Positions 28,027 to 35,565 of a DNA stretch of 40,010 bases are shown here, piece by piece. The position numbers and the translations under genes were made by a program. The notes under the pieces are model-generated. The model worked only from the letters and a program-made list of their open reading frames with translations. It was not told the DNA's origin and made no database searches. The stretch lies in sequence record OX090892; one strand, given 5' to 3'. The DNA comes from Escherichia phage vB_Eco_Titus. The first letter of the stretch is position 1, and the number at the start of each line of letters is the position of its first letter.

Positions 28027-29895
28027 ATGGCTAACGCTACTCCATTCTATACACGGTCGCCTAAGACTATTGTCGTTTATCCGATTAATGGTCAGACAGA
28101 GTTCACTATTCCCTTTGAGTTTCTAGCTCGTAAGTTCGTAGTGGTAACACTGTTGGGTGTAGACCGTTTACCGTTGGTACTCAATACCGACTATCGTTTT
28201 GTGTCTGTGAATCGTATTCAGTTACTCTCTCCGGTTCCCGCTGGGTATCCTAACATTGAGTTACGCCGATTGACTTCCGCTACTGACCGACTGGTCGATT
28301 TTCACGATGGGTCTATCCTACGTGCTTACGACTTAAACTTGGCTCAGATTCAGACCATGCACGTTGCTGAAGAAGCTCGTGACCTGACTGCGGACAACAT
28401 TGGTGTAAACGATAACGGCGACCTTGATGCTCGTAACCGTAAGATTGTCAACTTGGCTAACGGTACAGAGAACAACGATGCTGTGAACTTGGGTCAGTTA
28501 CGTCAGTTCGATACATCCACTGCTAACAATGCTGACCGTGCTGAGGCTGCAAAGAATCGTGCTGTACAAGCTGAGACTAACACTGCGCGTGACTCTGCGT
28601 CTGCCGCTGTGAATGCTACCAAGGCTGTAGCGTCTGCTGGTACTGCTGTGCAGGCTGCAAGTGATGCCAATCGGTCTTACGATAAGATTGTCCCTTTGGA
28701 ACAGTCCACTGTGGCTAACGCTCAGGTAGCAACTCAACAGGCTCAACGTTCTCAGAGCGAAGCAGACCGAGCTAAGAGTGAGGCTGACAAGCTGGCTAAC
28801 ATTAACCAGTTCGCACAGACCATTGAACGTGTAGACGGTACTGCTCCGGTATTTAAAAGCAACCTAGCGATTGGAGGTAATTCCGCATCTACTCATGCTT
28901 ACATTAGTATTAACTCAAAGGCATCCGATGAAAGTGGTGTAACACGAAAAGGGTTTATTGGGGTTGCTGGTGAAAACGAGAAACACATTACCGTTGGTTC
29001 AGATGTTAGTGCTGTTCGTTTACAAACACCTAGTGGTTCTGTTCAAGTTGGTGGTAATCTAGTACATTCTGCTGCCAACAGACTATTGGTATCTGCACAG
29101 GATGATAATGACTGCTATATCGACATTGCTGCCAGAAACTCTGAGAATAAGTTTCGTCGTATTTATTCAGGTGGCGGTAGGTTAGCAGTGACAGAGAACG
29201 TGTCAACAACTGGTGAGTGGTTGCGAGATATTATCAGCACATACCAATACCCTAGTGACCCAAGACGCGGTATCTTTGAGGTTGGTAACGCCAATATGCG
29301 CTCAAAGGCGTGGGGTTCCACTTGGGCGGATAGTTTAACAACTTGGAACTCTGGTAACTTTGTTGATGCAAACTATGCTGCTGGGTCTGCAATTTCTGCT
29401 GTGACCCTTAGTGTCCCTTCTCGACCTAGTGTAGGGTGGCCGACTAACATTGGATTTGGTACTTTGATGGACGGTCGTGCCGGTCTTATGAATCCTTACA
29501 TCTGGGCGGCTGGTATGGATAATGCAGAGTTACGAGGTTGGGAGTTCCAATCTGACGGTCGTATTCGCTCATTTAACCAGTTAGGTAGCTTAGGTATTGT
29601 GTCGTTTATGGGAGACTGGGCACCTCGTAATGCCCCTATTGGTGCTGCTGGGTACAGTGGAGGACTTCAGATTCGTTACGGTGTTGTCTATGCTGCACAG
29701 GCAGAGGCATGGAACTGGCACGCTTACTCTGAACCTTTCCCTACTGCTACCCTCTCTGTTGCATTGACACAGCGTAACCCGCCACGTTTCGACAATACTT
29801 GGAACCCGAAGATTGGCTCTGTGAACAACACAGGTTTTAACTTTGCTGGTGGTGGTCAGGAACGTGACTTCTATTACATCGCTGTAGGTTACTAA
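28027..29895 (+). CDS. 17: Tail fibre protein (T7 gene 17 homologue)
   Basis: 622 aa; N-terminal ~150 aa (FE.LARKFVVVTL.GVDR, IELRR.TS.TDRLVDF.DGSILRAYDLN.AQIQTMHVAEEARDLT.D.IGVN, RNRKIVNLAN) closely matches T7 gp17; C-terminal receptor-binding part is unrelated. Confidence 0.9.
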   Translation: MANATPFYTRSPKTIVVYPINGQTEFTIPFEFLARKFVVVTLLGVDRLPLVLNTDYRFVSVNRIQLLSPVPAGYPNIELRRLTSATDRLVDFHDGSILRAYDLNLAQIQTMHVAEEARDLTADNIGVNDNGDLDARNRKIVNLANGTENNDAVNLGQLRQFDTSTANNADRAEAAKNRAVQAETNTARDSASAAVNATKAVASAGTAVQAASDANRSYDKIVPLEQSTVANAQVATQQAQRSQSEADRAKSEADKLANINQFAQTIERVDGTAPVFKSNLAIGGNSASTHAYISINSKASDESGVTRKGFIGVAGENEKHITVGSDVSAVRLQTPSGSVQVGGNLVHSAANRLLVSAQDDNDCYIDIAARNSENKFRRIYSGGGRLAVTENVSTTGEWLRDIISTYQYPSDPRRGIFEVGNANMRSKAWGSTWADSLTTWNSGNFVDANYAAGSAISAVTLSVPSRPSVGWPTNIGFGTLMDGRAGLMNPYIWAAGMDNAELRGWEFQSDGRIRSFNQLGSLGIVSFMGDWAPRNAPIGAAGYSGGLQIRYGVVYAAQAEAWNWHAYSEPFPTATLSVALTQRNPPRFDNTWNPKIGSVNNTGFNFAGGGQERDFYYIAVGY

Positions 29896-29904
29896 GGAGG
29901 AACA

Positions 29905-30249
29905 ATGTACTTAAACTATTCACAAGCTATGCAGGCTTTGTTGGATGGTTATGATGTCATTCGGGAGAGCACAGGACGTGTTCTCTCTGTTGATAAGACC
30001 AACAACAATATGTTTGCCTACTGGCCTGAACTTGGTGAAGGTCTGCGGGATACACCAATGAGTCAAGAAGACTTAGAGGCAACCGACTGGAAAATCTATG
30101 ACCATAATGGTAACGATGCTCCTGAGGACTCCTCTCAGTTCGACATCAAGGTTCCTGTGGACACCAAGCAACAACAAATTGATGAACTAACTGATAAGTT
30201 AGCAAATCTTGAACAGAAACTCATGGAGGTGCTAAATGCCAAGTCCTAA
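29905..30249 (+). CDS. Hypothetical protein (114 aa), possibly DUF2829-like with C-terminal coiled coil
   Basis: TAAGGAGG RBS; pattern Y.QAMQALLDGYDVIR ... AYWPE ... SQEDLEATDWKIY resembles, from memory, the DUF2829 fold (family of Thoeris anti-defence Tad2); not verifiable here. Confidence 0.6.
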   Translation: MYLNYSQAMQALLDGYDVIRESTGRVLSVDKTNNNMFAYWPELGEGLRDTPMSQEDLEATDWKIYDHNGNDAPEDSSQFDIKVPVDTKQQQIDELTDKLANLEQKLMEVLNAKS

Positions 30250-31321
30250 AGCTCAAGACACTGTTGAGTTCGGATGGTCTGGTACTGATGGTTATATTCG
30301 TAATGGAGGTAAGTACAACCTCCTTACGTCTAAGCCTAAGATGACCTTTGCGTATGACACAGTGATGTACTCAACTGACCCTGCCGTAGAGGATGTTCGG
30401 ACAGTTGGACTGCAAGTGTTCCCACTTCAGCCTAACGAAATGTCTGAACTGAATGCCTACGCTGTGGCTCACTCAATCAATGACCCGTGGAATCCGGCAG
30501 ACCCTGCTGACCCTGTTGGTAAACCTGAGCATCCTGTCACTAACATGATTTACTCGTTTGACACTGCGTCTGGCCGATTGGTTCCAGTCAATGTGTATGC
30601 CCAAGATGGTGACTTCTGGGTAGGTGACCAAGCGTCAACCAATGAGAAACGACTGGCTGTGTTACGTCAGGTTGGTAGTGGGTTTACTGCTGCCTTGGTT
30701 CACATTACCGATGCTGGTCATGTTCAGGTAACTCGAACAGATAATGCAGGTAATATGGTGTCTCTGGACATTGGAGATACAGATATTGGCATCACCACGA
30801 GTGCTGGCCGTAAGCGGTTTGTTACCGAGGATGAACTGCCTCCTCCGCCTCCACCTCCTGCTGCACCTGTTGTCCAGTCTATTGACTTGGTAGATACCGT
30901 GAAACTTGCAGGTGCAAACTACGTGTCTAACACTGCTGTGCTAACTCAAACGTTGATGCAGGAGAATGGTACTGGCGACTACGTTGTGAAGCATCGCCTT
31001 GTCAGCTACGGCACGTTCAACTTCCCAGCTACATCATCAAACACTAAGTCAACCACATTGTCTTTGTCTGGGATGTTCTCTGGCAATCAATATGTGTTCT
31101 GTGACGAGATGACAATCAGTGGTTGGACTGTATCTGGTGGTTCTAACCCAACACAGCACAGTTATCGTATTGACCAGACCAAGCGACAGACAAACCAAAT
31201 TGTTGTGCAAGCAAATGGTACGACTAACGGTGCTCTGACTGTCGCTGCCACTATTGTGATTGAGTTTAATCTGCCTAACCAAGACTACGGCTTAGGTGTC
31301 CCATTCCCTGAATTTGCGTAA
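30236..31321 (+). CDS. Hypothetical two-domain protein (361 aa) with poly-proline linker
   Basis: GGAGGTG RBS, start overlaps upstream stop; internal PPPPPPPAAP linker; Ser/Thr/Gly-rich beta-type C-terminal domain; no homology recognised. Confidence 0.65.
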   Translation: MPSPKAQDTVEFGWSGTDGYIRNGGKYNLLTSKPKMTFAYDTVMYSTDPAVEDVRTVGLQVFPLQPNEMSELNAYAVAHSINDPWNPADPADPVGKPEHPVTNMIYSFDTASGRLVPVNVYAQDGDFWVGDQASTNEKRLAVLRQVGSGFTAALVHITDAGHVQVTRTDNAGNMVSLDIGDTDIGITTSAGRKRFVTEDELPPPPPPPAAPVVQSIDLVDTVKLAGANYVSNTAVLTQTLMQENGTGDYVVKHRLVSYGTFNFPATSSNTKSTTLSLSGMFSGNQYVFCDEMTISGWTVSGGSNPTQHSYRIDQTKRQTNQIVVQANGTTNGALTVAATIVIEFNLPNQDYGLGVPFPEFA

Positions 31322-31332
31322 GGAGGTAAATC

Positions 31333-31473
31333 GTGAAGGTTAAAAAGCGTATTGTTGCCGCTGTGGTTCTGGCATCCCTGATTGTTCTGGGTGCTATCTT
31401 TGAAACCGACCTGACCAAGATGGCTGACGCTCTGGTGTCCGTCTCTTGCTCTATCGTTGAGTGTACACAATGA
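31333..31473 (+). CDS. Small single-pass membrane protein (46 aa), GTG start
   Basis: TAAGGAGGT 5 nt upstream of GTG; MKVKKRIVAAVVLASLIVLGAIFE... has one TM helix; stop overlaps holin ATG; not in ORF track. Confidence 0.4.
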   Translation: MKVKKRIVAAVVLASLIVLGAIFETDLTKMADALVSVSCSIVECTQ

Positions 31474-31679
31474 GTCTTGAACTTAACTTTGGAGATGCTG
31501 TAATCCGCTCTGCCCCTGTTGGTGGGGCGGTTGCAACAGACTTAGTAGCAAGGTTCATGGGTCTAACACTTCACGAGTGGTTCTATGTAGCGGCCATAGG
31601 ATACACTTGCATTCAAGGGTGGGCAGTAATCTATAAGACCCTCAAGAAGTACAAGGAGGATAATGTAAATGACACCTAA
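31470..31679 (+). CDS. 17.5: Holin (T7 gene 17.5 homologue)
   Basis: ATG at 31470 (track start 31461 is GTG); APVGGAVATDLVARFMGLTLHEWFYVAAIGYT matches remembered T7 gp17.5 ..LNEWFYVAAIAYT. Confidence 0.8.
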   Translation: MSLELNFGDAVIRSAPVGGAVATDLVARFMGLTLHEWFYVAAIGYTCIQGWAVIYKTLKKYKEDNVNDT

Positions 31680-31914
31680 AGAGTTTGAGCTATTACTTCA
31701 GGAACTAGACTACGAAGCTGCAAAGCTGATGTTACAAGACCTGAAGAACGACGAGAAGCGTAACCCTCAGTTGTTTAACGCTGTGGTTCGCATGTTGGAA
31801 CGCCACAAGCATACAATTGCAAAGGTTGTTCCTGATGAAAGCATTCTGACCAGTCTTGCGTCTGAACTACCAGACCTGACTGAAGATGAACAATATGGAG
31901 GTATCTTACAATGA
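31669..31914 (+). CDS. 18: Terminase small subunit (T7 gene 18 homologue)
   Basis: 81 aa; position between holin and terminase large subunit; size similar to T7 gp18 (89 aa). Confidence 0.7.
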   Translation: MTPKEFELLLQELDYEAAKLMLQDLKNDEKRNPQLFNAVVRMLERHKHTIAKVVPDESILTSLASELPDLTEDEQYGGILQ

Positions 31915-32054
31915 ACCGTATCGTAACTTGGGTTCTGTTGGTCTGTGTGTGGACTGCTGTTCTGCTGAGTCTCAGTGGTTGCACCATTATGATTGACAGT
32001 CCAAACTCACAACCAATGGTTGAATGTGGTGACTTGTTAGGTATCACCCTGTAA
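31911..32054 (+). CDS. Small lipoprotein (47 aa), possible minimal outer-membrane spanin or exclusion lipoprotein
   Basis: ATG overlapping terS stop (ATGA), GGAGGT 8 nt upstream; signal peptide MNRIVTWVLLVCVWTAVLLSLSG with lipobox LSGC; mature part ~24 aa; not in ORF track. Confidence 0.45.
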   Translation: MNRIVTWVLLVCVWTAVLLSLSGCTIMIDSPNSQPMVECGDLLGITL

Positions 32055-32062
32055 GTTATATA

Positions 32063-32097
32063 CTCAAGGTCATTCGCGTAGAGTGGCCTTTATGAAT
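32063..32097 (+). ncRNA. RNase III processing-site hairpin (R18.5-like)
   Basis: TACTCAAGGTCATTCGCGTAGAGTGGCCTTTATGA. Confidence 0.5.
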
Positions 32098-32124
32098 ATA
32101 ACTAGCAACTAAGGAGGTTAAATT

Positions 32125-32370
32125 ATGACCGAAAGTGATAACGCTACGCAAAATCTGAGTAGAAGTCCTTATGGATTATGGTCAGAAATTGAAGGATTGC
32201 GTAGTCTGGCAGACACTTTGATAGGTGGAGAGATGCCTATGGAGGTGTACAACGCTCTGACTCCTGAGCAAAAGAAGATTACCCTTAACGTAACCAAGGC
32301 GTGTTCACAATGTGCTACTGCCTTAGAGAAGTTTCAAGAGGAGGTACTAAATGTCGGCTGCCCAAAGTAA
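32125..32370 (+). CDS. Hypothetical soluble protein (81 aa)
   Basis: AAGGAGGT RBS; no TM segment; occupies the T7 gene 18.5 position but does not resemble an i-spanin. Confidence 0.5.
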   Translation: MTESDNATQNLSRSPYGLWSEIEGLRSLADTLIGGEMPMEVYNALTPEQKKITLNVTKACSQCATALEKFQEEVLNVGCPK

Positions 32371-34123
32371 CAAAGACAAACTCATTCTAGCTCGCCTGAA
32401 GGCTGACTTTGTGGCGTTCCTCTTTGTCCTGTGGAAAGCGTTGAACCTTCCTAAGCCTACTCGGTGTCAAATCGACATGGCTAGAAAGCTCGCTGCTGGC
32501 TCTGAGAGACGTTTTATCCTTCAGGCATTTCGTGGTATTGGTAAGTCCTTTATCACCTGTGCGTTCGTTGTATGGAAGCTCTGGAACAATCCTCAGTTGA
32601 AGTTCATGATTGTGTCTGCTTCAAAGGAACGTGCTGACGCTAACTCCATCTTTATCAAGCGTATCATTGACCTGTTACCGTTCTTGCATGAGCTGAAACC
32701 TAAGCCTAACCAACGTGACTCTGTAATCAGCTTTGATGTTGGTCTAGCGAAACCTGACCACTCTCCTTCAGTTAAGTCTGTTGGTATCACTGGTCAGTTG
32801 ACTGGTAGCCGTGCTGACATCCTGATTGCGGACGACGTTGAGGTTCCTAACAACAGTTCCACACAGGCTGCTCGTGACCGCCTAGGTGAGCTTGTAAAGG
32901 AGTTTGACGCTATCTTGAAGCCTGAGGGTACTATCATCTACCTTGGTACTCCACAATGCGAAATGACGCTGTACAGAGAGCTTGAGAACCGTGGTTACAC
33001 TACTACCATCTGGCCTGCTCGTTATCCTAAAGACCGCAAAGACCTTGAGTCGTACGGCACACGCTTAGCTCCTATGCTTCTGGAAGACCTTGAGGAAAAC
33101 CCTGAGGCCATGTGGTGGACACCTACTGACCCTGTACGCTTCGATGATGAAGACCTGCGGGAACGTGAGTTGTCATATGGTAAGGCTGGCTTTGCGTTAC
33201 AGTTCATGTTGAACCCTAACCTGAGTGATGCCGAGAAGTATCCACTCAAGTGTCGTGACTTCATTGTGGCGGCTGTAGGTGATGACTTTGCGCCTTTGAC
33301 CTACCAATGGCTACCTAACCACGAGAACCTAGCTGGGAACGTCCCTGCGGTGGGTTTGAAGGGAGACACATACCACTACTACCACGTAGCAGATAAGCGC
33401 ACTGCGGCCTTCTCAGGCAAGATTCTGGCTATTGACCCTAGTGGTCGTGGTAAGGATGAAACAGGGTATGCTGTCTTGTACTTCCTCAATGGCTACATCT
33501 ATGTGATGGCTATGGGTGGCTTCCGAGGTGGTTACGATGATGAAACCCTTGAGAAGCTAGCTAAGGTTGCCAAGCGATGGAAAGTCAATGAGGTTCTGGT
33601 GGAAGGTAACTTTGGTGACGGTATGTACCTCAAAGTGTTCTCTCCGGTACTGGCTCGTATTCATCCTTGTACGTTGACTGAGACTAAGAGTAAAGGTCAG
33701 AAGGAACAACGTATTGCTGATACCATCGAACCTGTCTTAGGTGCTCACCGTATGGTTATCACTGAGGATGCAATTCGTCACGACTATCAGACTGCTCGTA
33801 ATATTGATGGTCAGCATGACATTAAGTATTGCTGCATGTATCAACTTACACGTCTGACTCGTGAACGCGGCGCATTGGCTCACGATGACCGTCTGGACGC
33901 ATTGGCAATCGGGGTGGCATATTTCCTTGAGTCAATCGAGAAAGACGCTCAGAAAGGCGCTGAGGAGCTTACAGAGGAATGGTTGGAAGACCAACTCAAT
34001 GCTGAACGCATCAGTGACCAACTGAGTGACTACATTGTGCATCAAGGCGATGTGGAAATCCGAGTAGGTTACCAAAATGAGGACGCATATTGGGTCACTA
34101 ACCTAGTTGGGTTTGACCGGTGA
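32351..34123 (+). CDS. 19: Terminase large subunit (T7 gene 19 homologue)
   Basis: 590 aa; Walker A-like region (FRGIGKSF), [10 protein letters not shown], nuclease domain; size matches T7 gp19 (586 aa). Confidence 0.95.
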   Translation: MSAAQSNKDKLILARLKADFVAFLFVLWKALNLPKPTRCQIDMARKLAAGSERRFILQAFRGIGKSFITCAFVVWKLWNNPQLKFMIVSASKERADANSIFIKRIIDLLPFLHELKPKPNQRDSVISFDVGLAKPDHSPSVKSVGITGQLTGSRADILIADDVEVPNNSSTQAARDRLGELVKEFDAILKPEGTIIYLGTPQCEMTLYRELENRGYTTTIWPARYPKDRKDLESYGTRLAPMLLEDLEENPEAMWWTPTDPVRFDDEDLRERELSYGKAGFALQFMLNPNLSDAEKYPLKCRDFIVAAVGDDFAPLTYQWLPNHENLAGNVPAVGLKGDTYHYYHVADKRTAAFSGKILAIDPSGRGKDETGYAVLYFLNGYIYVMAMGGFRGGYDDETLEKLAKVAKRWKVNEVLVEGNFGDGMYLKVFSPVLARIHPCTLTETKSKGQKEQRIADTIEPVLGAHRMVITEDAIRHDYQTARNIDGQHDIKYCCMYQLTRLTRERGALAHDDRLDALAIGVAYFLESIEKDAQKGAEELTEEWLEDQLNAERISDQLSDYIVHQGDVEIRVGYQNEDAYWVTNLVGFDR

Positions 34124-34178
34124 TATGTTAACAAAGATGGTTAAATGTTAACGAATTGAGTAGATTTTTGACCATTTT

Positions 34179-34202
34179 GAATTAACACCCACTATTGGAG
34201 TA
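34179..34202 (+). promoter_or_regulatory. Phage RNAP promoter (GAATTAACACCCACTATTGGAGTA), +1 G at 34197; phiOR equivalent
   Basis: Promoter family; downstream of terminase at the right genome end. Confidence 0.6.
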
Positions 34203-34211
34203 TACGACAAT

Positions 34212-34328
34212 AAGAGGGAACATTAAGTCTATAGACACTAGGAGAGTCGACCTTAGAGTAGGCACTCAGTCTGACCTTAGTGTTCCCTCTTTGTCTTGGG
34301 AGTATTCTTCATTATTAGAATAACTCCC
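34212..34328 (+). other. Two long imperfect inverted repeats downstream of phiOR
   Basis: AAGAGGGAACATTAAG (34212-34227) pairs with CTTAGTGTTCCCTCTT (34276-34291); GGGAGTATTCT (34298-34308) pairs with AGAATAACTCCC (34317-34328) and is followed by T-rich TTCTCTTTGTGT. Confidence 0.35.
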
Positions 34329-34373
34329 TTCTCTTTGTGTAGAGACACTGAGGCGTATCTTGGAGGTGATTGT

Positions 34374-34460
34374 ATGAGGAAGACTACCCTTATGGTCACC
34401 TACTATGTGGTTAAAGTTACCTTCTTGGTTTACCTGTTGGTAACCCATGCTGGCGCTTAA
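34374..34460 (+). CDS. Tiny hydrophobic ORF (28 aa) at the T7 gene 19.5 position
   Basis: GGAGGTG 5 nt upstream of ATG; MRKTTLMVTYYVVKVTFLVYLLVTHAGA; may be non-coding. Confidence 0.15.
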   Translation: MRKTTLMVTYYVVKVTFLVYLLVTHAGA

Positions 34461-34499
34461 TCTCGGTATCCTTATCAGTCTACCTACGATTAAGTGTCT

Positions 34500-34630
34500 A
34501 GTGTCAATACCCTTATGTTAGTGACCTTATGTGTTAACCTTAGGGTAGGTTGGTCTTAGTGTCGCCTACCTTATGTTGTTAACACTATGTTAGTCCATTT
34601 TGTACAACACTAGAAAAATCTGAGTGACCA
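34500..34630 (+). repeat. Array of short CCTTATGT-type repeats on the right-end side of the terminal repeat
   Basis: CCTTATGT at 34511, 34525, 34569 plus degenerate copies; analogous to T7 CCTAAAG-type short repeats flanking the terminal repetition. Confidence 0.5.
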
Positions 34631-34810
34631 TCTCACATATCAAGACCCATTTAATCCCCCCATAGGGGTCAAACCTTATGTCCATCCCTTATGTCATTCC
34701 CTAAGTCTATCATTTTGTCTATCAATAGGTTTTAACTCTCGGTTGAGGTGGGGACAATAGGTGGAGACTATGGGTTTGTATCTCTATGTCTCCCTATCTG
34801 TATAGACCTT
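34631..34810 (+). repeat. Terminal repeat, single collapsed copy (approximate bounds)
   Basis: Starts TCTCACA...CCCCCCATAGGGGTC and contains GTCTCCCTATCTGT, matching remembered T7 terminal repeat landmarks; only one copy in window, consistent with a circularised or concatemer-junction representation. Confidence 0.4.
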
Positions 34811-34945
34811 GTGTCTCCTCTCTATGTCTCTACCCTTATGTCTCCTCTCTATGTTCTATCAACTAGGCAGCATCCTACCTTATGTTAGACCCTAGGTCAA
34901 TAACCTTATGTCATAGACCCTATAAATAGACCTTATCTATATAGA
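34807..34945 (+). repeat. Array of short CCTTATGT-type repeats on the left-end side of the terminal repeat
   Basis: CCTTGTGT 34807, CCTTATGT 34834, 34878, 34904, CCTTATCT 34931. Confidence 0.5.
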
Positions 34946-34948
34946 CCA

Positions 34949-34972
34949 TAATTAACACCCACTATTGAAGAA
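34949..34972 (+). promoter_or_regulatory. Phage RNAP promoter, variant (TAATTAACACCCACTATTGAAGAA), +1 G at 34967; phiOL equivalent
   Basis: Promoter family with A at +2; upstream of the host-type early promoters, as T7 phiOL. Confidence 0.5.
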
Positions 34973-35002
34973 CAACAATCTTAATTATTTTAATATTGAG
35001 TA

Positions 35003-35039
35003 TTGACATTAGAACTTAGTGTCTATAGTATGGCGTCCA
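35003..35039 (+). promoter_or_regulatory. Sigma70 early promoter A1-like (TTGACA -17 bp- TAGTAT)
   Basis: -35 TTGACA 35003-35008, -10 TAGTAT 35026-31, AT-rich UP region; predicted transcript start ATCGAAGGGAAACACGG resembles remembered T7 A1 transcript AUCGAGAGGGACACGG. Confidence 0.7.
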
Positions 35040-35131
35040 TCGAAGGGAAACACGGAAACGGTGCGACTCTGAGATTACAGCGTCAAGCGGTACAAGTAGA
35101 CAGCCTGCTAAGTCATACGAACAACAGGTAC

Positions 35132-35167
35132 TTGACAACAGAAACAAGAAACACTAAGATACACCAC
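35132..35167 (+). promoter_or_regulatory. Sigma70 early promoter A2-like (TTGACA -17 bp- TAAGAT)
   Basis: -35 TTGACA 35132-37, -10 TAAGAT 35155-60; same hexamers as remembered T7 A2. Confidence 0.7.
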
Positions 35168-35202
35168 AACGAAACAACAACAGAAACACCAACAAATAGG
35201 AG

Positions 35203-35239
35203 TTGACAATGTTCAAGTTAAAATGTAAAGTGATGCCAA
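35203..35239 (+). promoter_or_regulatory. Sigma70 early promoter A3-like (TTGACA -17 bp- TAAAGT)
   Basis: -35 TTGACA 35203-08, -10 TAAAGT 35226-31. Confidence 0.6.
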
Positions 35240-35489
35240 TCCACAACAAACAGGGTCACACAGTATGTACACCTGATGGATTTGCGATGAATGCTCGTGT
35301 TGAACGACTGAAGCGTGAACTCAAGATGAATCGTATGCTGAACAACATCTAATAGCTACGATAATCAAGCAACACTGCTGGTCTTGTTGTACTACGCAAC
35401 TGCAAATGTAGTCGGGACGATGAAACTGCTATCCCTAAAGTTCTTTAACAATCTGGTATAAAGCGCATGTGTTGAGTTAGAAAGTGATT

Positions 35490-35525
35490 GACTCAAGGCT
35501 GCTGAATGTAGTAGCCTTTATGACA
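35490..35525 (+). ncRNA. RNase III processing-site hairpin (R0.3-like) ahead of RNAP gene
   Basis: GACTCAAGGCTGCTGAATGTAGTAGCCTTTATGA; preceded by TTCTTTAACAATCTGGTA, conserved with remembered T7 sequence upstream of R0.3. Confidence 0.5.
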
Positions 35526-35565
35526 AGCATTTAATTTCAGCCACTATAAGATGGAGACAACAACA

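Noticed and set aside
34500-34945. Possible CRISPR array suggested by the repeated CCTTATGT motif
   Set aside because: Repeats are only 8 bp, irregularly spaced and degenerate, and sit next to the terminal repeat, so they are the T7-type short terminal-region repeats, not CRISPR repeats.
35003-35206. 67-aa + strand ORF in the early control region
   Set aside because: It begins at the -35 hexamer of the A1-like promoter and runs through the A2 promoter; it is Thr/Asn-rich low complexity with no RBS, so it is a promoter region rather than a gene.
35209-35352. 47-aa ORF (MFKLKCKVMPIHNKQ...) after the early promoters
   Set aside because: Its ATG lies inside the spacer of the A3-like promoter, with no Shine-Dalgarno sequence; it could be a leader peptide on A1/A2 transcripts but evidence is insufficient.
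34949-35565. Search for gene 0.3 (Ocr) and 0.7 (protein kinase) homologues between the early promoters and RNAP
   Set aside because: Only ~330 bp separate the A3-like promoter from the RNAP start, and that interval contains the R0.3-like hairpin and no ORF with an RBS; these genes appear genuinely absent.
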